DNA of 64,000 nucleotides, taken from Octopus vulgaris. Taxonomy: Eukaryota. Both the position numbers and the translations under genes were made by a program. Location: contig OX597833.1 in NCBI GenBank assembly GCA_951406725.2, forward strand, positions 53,692,001-53,756,000, in the 5' to 3' direction. The notes beneath the pieces were generated by a model that was not told the origin of the DNA, made no database searches, and was given only the letters and a program-made list of their open reading frames with translations. Positions within the stretch are counted from its first letter, which is position 1. The number at the start of each line of letters is the position of its first letter. This document shows, in pieces, positions 53,698 to 64,000 of the stretch.

Positions 53698-54158
53698 TAT
53701 TATTATTATTACTACTACTACTGTTATTACTATTATTATTATTATTACTATTATTATTATTATTATTATCATCACTTATTATTATTATTAGCATCATCAT
53801 CATTATTATTACTATTATTATTATTATTATTATTACTATTATTATTATTACTATTATTATTATTATCATTACTATTATTATTATTATCACTTATTATTAT
53901 TATTATCATCACTATTATTATTATTATCACTTATTATTATTATCATCATCATCACCATCATTATTATTACTATTATTATTATTATTATTATTACTATTAT
54001 TATTATTACTATTATTATTATTATCATTACTATTATTATTATTATCACTTATTATTATTATTATCATCACTATTATTATTATTATCACTTATTATTATTA
54101 TCATCATCATCATCATCATTATTATTACTATTATTATTATTATTATTATTATTATTAT
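53698..54158. repeat. (ATT)n compound microsatellite
   Basis: Directly visible. Confidence 0.96.
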
Positions 54159-56014
54159 GAAGACCTACGCCCTATTAATAGCATCTAAATAAAGCACTGA
54201 AGTGATCCATATTAATCTGAGTTTTGTCAGTGTGTTACACACATTGCTTCGCAGTCAGTCCACGCCTCCCTCCATCTCCACTCCACACATGCCCTCCCAC
54301 CCTCCACCGAAATGCCAACGCTGTGTATAGAGTACTTGTTAGTTGATCCTCAGCTGTCTCTCTCTCTCTCTCTCTCTCCTCACATAGTCAGTTGCTGCTG
54401 CTGCTACTGCTGCTGCTGCTGCTGTTGGCTAGGTTTATATTACGTCACCGTCACCATTATTAGGCTTTCTGGTCAGCTTGACCACTAATTAACTTAAATG
54501 CAATTAATTACCCAAGTTTCATTTGCCGGTTCGCTCGACTTTGAAGTATGAAACTATTGGGACCCAACACCCTCTCCTTACCCCCATCATACACAATCAC
54601 ACACACATACACACACACACACACACATACACACACACAATCACACACACACACACACATACATACACACACACAATCACACACACACAATCACACACAC
54701 ACACACACACACACATACACACACACTCTCTCTCTTTCTCTCCACCTTGCACACCTCAAGTGTTACATACAACTACAGTGAAATATAGCAAACACAGTAG
54801 AATTCCATACATACACTTGTTCCTTAAAATATGCTGACCCATGAAGGGTTTCAGTCAAACAGATTGACACCAGGCGCAGGAGTGGGTGTGTGGTAAGTAG
54901 CCTGCTTACCAGCCACATGGCTCCGGGTTCATTCCCACTGTGTGGCACCTTGGGCAAGTGTCTTCTACTATAGCCTTGGGCCGAGCAAAGCCTTGTGAGT
55001 GTATTTGGTAGACGGAAACTGAAAGAAGCCTGTCATAAGTATATTATTATTGTTATTATTACTATTATTATTATTATCATTACTATTATTATTATTATCA
55101 CTTATTATTATTATCATCATCATCATCATTATTATTACTATTATTATTATTATTATTATTATGAAGACCTACGCCCTATTAATAGCATCTAAATAAAGCA
55201 CTGAAGTGATCCATATTAATCTGAGTTTTGTCAGTGTGTTACACACATTGCTTCGCAGTCAGTCCACGCCTCCCTCCATCTCCACTCCACACATGCCCTC
55301 CCACCCTCCACCGAAATGCCAACGCTGTGTATAGAGTACTTGTTAGTTGATCCTCAGCTGTCTCTCTCTCTCTCTCTCTCTCTCCTCACATAGTCAGTTG
55401 CTGCTGCTGCTACTGCTGCTGCTGTTGGCTAGGTTTATATTACGTCACCGTCACCATTATTAGGCTTTCTGGTCAGCTTGACCACTAATTAACTTAAATG
55501 CAATTAATTACCCAAGTTTCATTTGCCGGTTCGCTCGACTTTGAAGTATGAAACTATTGGGACCCAACACCCTCTCCTTACCCCCATCATACACAATCAC
55601 ACACATACACACACACACACATACACACACACAATCACACACACACACACATACATACACACACACACACACAATCACACACACACACACTCTCTCTCTC
55701 TCTCTTTCTCTCCACCTTGCACACCTCAAGTGTTACATAAAACTACAGTGAAATATAGCAAACACAGTAGAATTCCATACATACACTTGTTCCTTAAAAT
55801 ATGCTGACCCATGAAGGGTTTCAGTCAAACAGATTGACACCAGGCGCAGGAGTGGGTGTGTGGTAAGTAGCCTGCTTACCAGCCACATGGCTCCGGGTTC
55901 ATTCCCACTGTGTGGCACCTTGGGCAAGTGTCTTCTACTATAGCCTTGGGCCGAGCAAAGCCTTGTGAGTGTATTTGGTAGACGGAAACTGAAAGAAGCC
56001 TGTCATAAGTATAT
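54159..56014. repeat. Near-identical tandem duplication of about 1 kb (54159-55044 and 55163-56014), each ending in a SINE-A 5' half
   Basis: Unique sequence is essentially identical; differences lie mostly in microsatellite lengths. Confidence 0.95.
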
Positions 56015-56253
56015 ATATATATATATACATACACGACAGGCCAATCCGTCGCAGGGTTAATGCTTCTGCTCGTTTTCAGCCGAGTGAACCGAAGGACCGT
56101 AAAATGAGGTGCACCGCTCACAGACCCAATGTGCTACCCACTCCACGAGCCAAACCTATAACCTCATTCATGAGTCTGACACCCTAACACAAGGCCTCAC
56201 AGAAACACACCACATACACAGAGAAGATAATAAACAATGTTGCAAGCTTGCTT

Positions 56254-56337
<84 letters not shown>

Positions 56338-56338
<1 letters not shown>

Positions 56339-56740
56339 GCGCAGGAGTGGGTGTGTGGTAACTAGCTTGCTAACCAGCCACATGGTTCCGGGTTCAGTCC
56401 CACTGTGTGGCACCTTGGGCAAGTGTCTTCTGCTATAGCCCCGGGCCGACCAATGCCTTGTGAGTGGATTTGGTAGACGGAAACTGAAAGAAGCCTGTCG
56501 TATATATATATGTATATACGTATGCGTGTGTATGTGTTTGTCCCGCTAGCATTACTTGACAACCGATGCTGGTGTGTTTACATCCCCGTCACTTAGCGGT
56601 TCGGCAAAAGAGACCGATGGAATAAGTACTGGGCTTACAAAAGAATAAGTCCCGGGGGGGGCGATTTGCTCGACTAAAGGCGGTGCTCCAGCATGGCCGC
56701 AGTCAAATGACTGAAACAAGTAAGAGAGTAAAAGAGTAAA
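56338..56740 (+). mobile_element. SINE-A full length with TSD AATGTTGCAAGCTTGCTTTG(TA)n
   Basis: Duplicated flank starts at 56236 and 56742. Confidence 0.92.
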
Positions 56741-56759
56741 AAATGTTGCAAGCTTGCTT

Positions 56760-56797
<38 letters not shown>

Positions 56798-57483
56798 CAT
56801 GTGTATATATTAAAACCACTTGACACCATTAATAACGGACCAGACTGACACAGCGATAATAAAGTAAACACGGTATTTCTTGATAAGAAATTCAAGAAGC
56901 ATAAGGTAGAGAAACTTGCAAAGTAAAAAGCATTGGTTTGATATAATTAATGTTCCTTAGGATGACTGACTGATAATAATATATCTCCTGAAGAGACAGA
57001 GCGAGAGAGAGAGAGAGACAGATAGACAGAGACAGAGCGATAGAGAGAGAGACAGATAGACAGAGACAGAGCGATAGAGAGAGAGACAGACAGATAGACA
57101 GAGACAGAGAGAGAGGGGGACAGAACATGGTAGATATAATTGGCAGGGAAGAGGTGGTGATGGTCGGTGTAGCTGAGAGTTGTTTTTGAATTTAACAGTT
57201 TCAGTTTTAAATGAGTGTGTGGGGGGGGGGGGGAGAAAAACAAAAAAAAAAAAAAGAAAAAGAAAAAAAGAGAAAGAAAATGAGAGAAAAGCCAAAGTGA
57301 GATGAAAGGCTTCCCCGTGTGTAATTTAGGCTAAATGGAGTGAAAACATAAACTCAAGACAGACTCATGCTCATTCATACCTTTAAAGTTAATTTCATAC
57401 GCGACTCAAAAGCTTTTAATCAAAGCACCAGTCGGATGGAAGAACCAATCATATGGAAGGATACATACATATATATGCACATG

Positions 57484-57532
<49 letters not shown>

Positions 57533-57956
57533 GACCAATGGAAATGACTTGGTGGACAAATAAGCGTTTGTTGCTCTTGAACTCTCCTGTGTAATTCACA
57601 CTCCTTCCGCCCCCGCCCCATCTCTGTCTTTCTTTCTCTCTCTCTCTCTCTCTCTGGCTCCCCCCGCTTCATTCGCTCCCCTCTGTCTCCATCTATGTTT
57701 GCTCTCCCGTTCTTTTTCGCCCATGTAAGGAGGTTATTAATAAACTTTTCTCACTTCTTCTTCTTCTTCTCTTGCTGTCATTTCCAGCTGGCTTTCAAGT
57801 GAGTAGTAAACATCAAAACACACAAAAAAAAACCCACCAAAAAACAAAAAAAACAACAAAAAACTCCATAGTTCTTGTGGATCCATCGTTCTTCACCCAC
57901 ACCTCACTGAACACTGCACATGCAGTCAGATACATTCTTATCCTCTCTCTCTCTAA

Positions 57957-58876
<920 letters not shown>

Positions 58877-59035
58877 ATCCAGCTAGTACACTTATTACAA
58901 AAGGCCTTTTTCCTTGTGTTCTGTTAGTATGATGCCTGAACAAAACAAACTAACAACAAGGAAAAGTTGGAATAAAGCACAAAAGCAAGCAAAAACAAGG
59001 GGTGGGTGGATGGGTGGGAGGGACAAGGATCGAGG

Positions 59036-59066
<31 letters not shown>

Positions 59067-60344
59067 GAAATTGAATAAAGTGAAGAGTGTAAGAGAAGAT
59101 AAAAATCAATAAGTGTGGAAAGGGCAGAGAGGGAGGATGGGTGGATGAAGGAGAGAGAGAGAGAGATGATGTATATAAAGAGATAGTAAATGTGAGGAGG
59201 AAAAGGAAGAGGTGACATGTAGCTGGGAGGGGGTGGGGGTGGGGATTTACCACAAAATAAGTATAAAATAAATGAAATAAATAAATATGGATTGTTGGTT
59301 TTACTGAAATATTGTTATCAAGTGGCATTAGAACATACAAGAAGATCGTGAAATGGGATCAATGCAGGGAGGAATAATAAGTAGAACAAAGAAAGAAAAA
59401 AAAAGGTTGATTTGCATTTTTAGTTGTTTTGTTTCAGCGAAGGAGGTGGAGAGAGGGGGGAGGGCTAGGTGATGTAATTTTTTTTGGGGGGGGGGGGCTT
59501 ACACCTGGACCCAAAGGTAAGAGAATAAATGCCTTTGCATCCAAAATAATATCTATCCTCTCTCTCTCTCTCTCTCTCTCTAGGTCGCATGGTTTCCAGA
59601 AAAAGAATTCTGGAATCAGAGATAAATACAATAATGGTCTCCTGCCTGTATTTACAGTTGGTTTATGTTGTTGCTGTTGTTGTTGTAGAAGAAGAAGAAG
59701 GAGAAGGAGAAGAAGAAGAAGAAAAAAGAGAAGAAGAAGAAGAAAGAGAAGAAGAAGAAGAAAGAGAAGAAGAAGAAGATGATGCAAAAATTCTTACACT
59801 AGGTTGGATACCTTTTTTGTCATTCATCGAATTACAAGCTTCTTTTGAGATATTTTCTCAATTTAAAAAAACCAACTAAAACACTAATTAAAATTAAGAT
59901 CTTTCTGAAATGACATATGAAATATACTGGCCCTTGGCTACTTCTACAGGAGATCAGACAAGCAAAAGTTCAAAGGTGAAAATTAAAAAAAATTCACTTA
60001 AAAATGATTGAAACGACTTCTTTTTATTTCTTTTGGCAAATTTTGGCTTGAGGCAATTTTGCATGTGTGAGGTAAATATTTTTCTTACTAATCACAAATC
60101 TCCGTAAAGAGAGCATGATAAAGCTTATGGTGCCAACTTTGATGTAATATTGATCAATCAACAAATTTAAATATATAAAGTTGATCTTGGAACCATTTGA
60201 AAATTGCTATTACCAAACCAAATTAATATAAGGATTATTAACAGGAGACATTTTGCGCATCAGTTGGTCAGTAAGTACATACAAAGTTGTTGTTTAGCTC
60301 CAGATCGGCCCTTCATGCCTTACTCCAACAAAACAAGGTAGCAG

Positions 60345-60897
60345 TCAACCACTAGGGTCAATGTAATTCACTAACCTCACCCCCTCCAAAATTTCAGGCC
60401 TTGTGACTATAGTAGAAAGGACCATTATTATTATTATCATCATTATCATTATTATCATCATTATATTATCAAGAATATGACCAGGCAGAATCCTGCTTTG
60501 TGACATTTCTTCTAGATCTTTATGTTCTGAGTTCAAATTCAACCGAGGTCGACTTTGCCTTTCATCCTTTTGGGGTCAATAAATTAAGTACCAGCAAAAT
60601 TTTGGGGTTGAGGCAATCGACAAGTCCCCTCCCCCAAATTTTCAAGTCTTGTGCCTATAATAGTAAAGATTATTATTATTATTAAGGTGGCGAGTTGGCA
60701 TAATCGTTAGCACACCAGGTGCAATGCTTAGCAGTATTTCATCTGCTGCTACATTCTGAGTTCAAATTCTGCCAAGATCGACTTTGCCTTTCATCCTTTC
60801 GGGGTCGATAAATTAAGTACCAGTGAAACACTGGGGTTGATGAAATCAACTAGTCCCCTCCCCACAAATTTGAGGTCTTGTGCCTCCAGCAAAAAGG

Positions 60898-60932
<35 letters not shown>

Positions 60933-61193
60933 GTGAAGGCACATGGCTTAGTGGTAAGGGTGTTGCACTGACAATCACTAGATCGTGATTTCAATTCCTC
61001 GACTGGGTGGTGCATTGTGTTCCTGAGCAAAACACTTCATCTCACATTGCTCTGTGATCACTGCGGCACCTGATGCATGGCAACGTCAATTTGATGGAAA
61101 GAGTGAGCTAATATGTGGCACGAACATTTGATCACTGTAAACAAATCATTTGTGCAGTCAGCTGAATGCTCATACGATAGGAGAGTTCATCAC

Positions 61194-61234
<41 letters not shown>

Positions 61235-61441
61235 GCACGTCGGGTGAAATGCTTAGCGGTATTTCGTCTGCCGTTACGTTCTGAGTTCAAATTCCACCGA
61301 GGTCGACTTTGCCTTTCATCCTTTCGGGGTCGATAAATTAAGTACCAGTTACGCACTGGGGTCGATGTAATCGATTTAATCCCTTTGTCTGTCCTTGTTT
61401 GTCCCCTCTGTGTTTATCTCCTTGTGGGTAATAAAGAAATA
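60345..61441 (+). mobile_element. Cluster of SINE-B-related copies separated by (ATT)n, plus another tRNA-headed SINE at about 60932-61185
   Basis: Repeated GTTCTGAGTTCAAATTC...GACTTTGCCTTTCATCCTTT.GGGGTC.ATAAATTAAGTACCAG. Confidence 0.8.
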
Positions 61442-61809
61442 TATTATTATTATTATTATTATTATTATTATCATTATTATTATCATTATTATTATCATCA
61501 TTATTATCATTATTATTATTATTCTTACATCAGGAACTGAACTGTCAAAACGTAGGATGTAAGCTGACACCTATTTCTAGCAGATGCTGTGACCATGTAG
61601 CATTTCGTTCGCTGGGTTTTCTGAGTACATAATTGATTTTTATAACCAGTGCTAGATAGAAAACCTGATCATTAATTCGATACATAGAAAAAGGAAGGTA
61701 GTTAATTGAAATGACAAAAGTCACGGCTGGTTGAATCTGTGAGATGTAGGTGGACTATGAACACAAGTGTCAATGGTGTGTGTGTGTAACATTATTATAT
61801 ATATATACT

Positions 61810-62251
61810 TTCTTTTTACTCTTTTACATGTTTCAGTCATTTGACTGTGGCCATGCTGGAGCACCGCCTTTAGTCGAGGAAATCGACCCCCAGGACTTAT
61901 TCTTTGGAAACTTAGTACTTATTCTATTGGTATCTTTTGCCGAACCGCTAAGTGATGGGGACATAAACACACCAGCATCGGTTGTCAAGCGATGTTGGGG
62001 GGGGGGGGGACAAACACAGACACAAACATATACACACACATATATATATATATATAGATATAGACATATGTATATACATACATATATACGACGGGCTTCT
62101 TTCAGTTTCCGTCTACCAAATCCACTCACAAGGTTTTGGTCGGCCCGAGGCTATAGTAGATGACACTTGCCCAAGGTGCCACGGAGTGAGACTGAACCCG
62201 GGAGCATGTGGTTGGTAAGCAAGCTACTTACCACACAGCTACTCCTACGCC
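61810..62251 (-). mobile_element. SINE-A full length
   Basis: Reverse complement of the consensus. Confidence 0.9.
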
Positions 62252-62635
62252 TATATATAGATCTTTAAATAAATTTGAGTGATGTTTCTCTGTCCGTTAC
62301 GTTTTTGTGTTTGTTAACTCCTCCTAGACCATTGGTGCAAGGACAATGAAACTCAAACCAGCAACTCCCCTAATCCGAGGGAATGTCCTAAGGGGGTCTA
62401 TTTTTTTAAGGGCTGCCTAATTGGGGCCCCACTGACACCCCTATTTTTACTGCATTTTAAACTACATACATGGCACTGGCAACCAAATCAGAGCAATGAT
62501 AATGAATTTCATACCATGAACTCTCAGGGAGTATTGTAAGAAGATTCAATTTCTGAAGGGCTGCTTAAATGGGGCCTCTCTGACCGCCCCACTCTATTTT
62601 ACTGCATTTATCTCACTCCTACGTTTATTGATTAA

Positions 62636-63154
62636 CCCTTTAGTGTTTAAACCGGCCAAATCTGGCCCAGATATTCCACATGTTTTATATTCAAACTGGC
62701 AATATCTAGCCTCTCACACCTACCCTACAATGTCATTCTATAAATAAACAATCACATCATTGAAACCTCAAAGCTATAAGATAATGCATGATTAATTCAA
62801 AACATCATCATCATCATCATTCATTTAGCGTCCGTTTTCCATGCTAGCATGGGTTGGACGGTTCAACTGGGGTCTGGGGAGCCCGAAGGCTGCACCAGGC
62901 CAGTCAGATCTGGCAGTGTTTCTACAGCTGGATGCCCTTCCTAACGCCAACCACTCCGAGAGTGTAGTGGGTGATTTTATGGTGCCAGACGAGGCTGGCG
63001 AACGGCCACGCTCGGATGGTGTTTTTTATGTGCCACCGACACAGGTGCCAGACGAGGCTGGCAGACGCCACGCTATAAGATAATGCTTGATTAATTCAAA
63101 ACAATTTGAGTGAAAAAGTATTACATTTAACAGAGTAATCTGAACACTAAAGGA
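62636..63154. mobile_element. piggyBac-like MITE family 1 with nested SINE-C (62805-63071, 32-bp TSD)
   Basis: TTAA at 62632-35 and 63155-58; TSD 62773-62804 and 63072-63103. Confidence 0.87.
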
Positions 63155-63737
63155 TTAAACTATGATTAGCATCAGTTCTTAGCACATTTGCAGAAATAAG
63201 TTTGGGCATTCTAAATACCTTCATGTACATTCAAATCGAGATAAGGAGTTATAACAGGTACATTTGATGTGTGCTAGTGTGGATATTTATATTTCGTAGT
63301 TTATGAAACTTATGTCAAGGTGGAAAATTAATTTTCCTGTTCTGGTTACAGTATCCCGCTAAAGATTTGTAATAGAAGATAGGATGAGATTGAAATGAAA
63401 TGGATCCTGTTCATTTTATCTCAATCCCATATCAATGTTTTTTTTCGGAAATGGTGAAGTGATGGAAAGATTATGATAGCTTTGATAGTCATACAATTCA
63501 CTTGCTTAGGTTCAAGTCTAAAAATATGAAGTGAATAAATTATTACAGTGAGTTTGAAAGCACATATAACTCCATGAAAGTGTCACAAATTTTCAGTGTC
63601 AGAATAAAATGGGGAAAAAAAAAAAAACATGGAAAATGGATCCCCAAGGCCTCAAAGGTGCCCTCCACAAATACAAGCCTGAAGGGAGGCTTCAAGGCTA
63701 ATATATATATATATGTATGTATGTGAGTATATATATA

Positions 63738-64000
63738 GGTACAGGAGTGGCTGTGTGGTAAGTGGCTTGCTTACCAACCACAAGGTTCCGGGTTCAGTCC
63801 CACTGCATGGCACCTTGGGCAAGGGTCTTCTACTATAACCTCGGGCCGACCAAAGCCTTGTGAGTGGATTTGGTAGACGGAAACTGAAAGAAGCCTGTCG
63901 TATATATGTATATATATATGTGTGTGTGTGTGAGTGTGTGTGTGTTGTCACCCCCAACAGCAGTTCGGCAAAGAGACCGGTAGAATAAGACTTGCAAAGA
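63738..64000 (+). mobile_element. SINE-A running off the window end
   Basis: Head and body match the consensus. Confidence 0.87.

Noticed and set aside
62285-62610. Possible Helentron/DINE-like fragment with two internal repeats of about 50 bp
   Set aside because: Termini and target site could not be defined and there is no second copy in the window

Overview
AT-rich, repeat-saturated animal DNA, intergenic or intronic. The SINE families suggest a cephalopod, probably Octopus; this is inferred from recall, not from a search. No host protein-coding gene is recognisable, and nearly all ORFs in the track are microsatellite or SINE translations. Contents: about 25 copies or fragments of one tRNA-derived SINE (SINE-A); further SINE-like families (B, C, D, E); three 5'-truncated LINE ends (two RTE-type, one CR1/L2-type); a short bipartite RTE-derived element; three non-autonomous Helitrons; piggyBac-, hAT- and Merlin-like MITEs; long microsatellites; and local duplications. 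Most notable: (1) minimal type-I hammerhead ribozyme motifs inside short elements ending in (TA)n tracts, sometimes with fold-back arms, resembling Penelope/retrozyme elements; (2) a 367-bp RTE 5'+3' fusion element with a structured leader; (3) a SINE/LINE tail pair with a compensatory stem change; (4) very long target-site duplications (32, 35 and about 152 bp).
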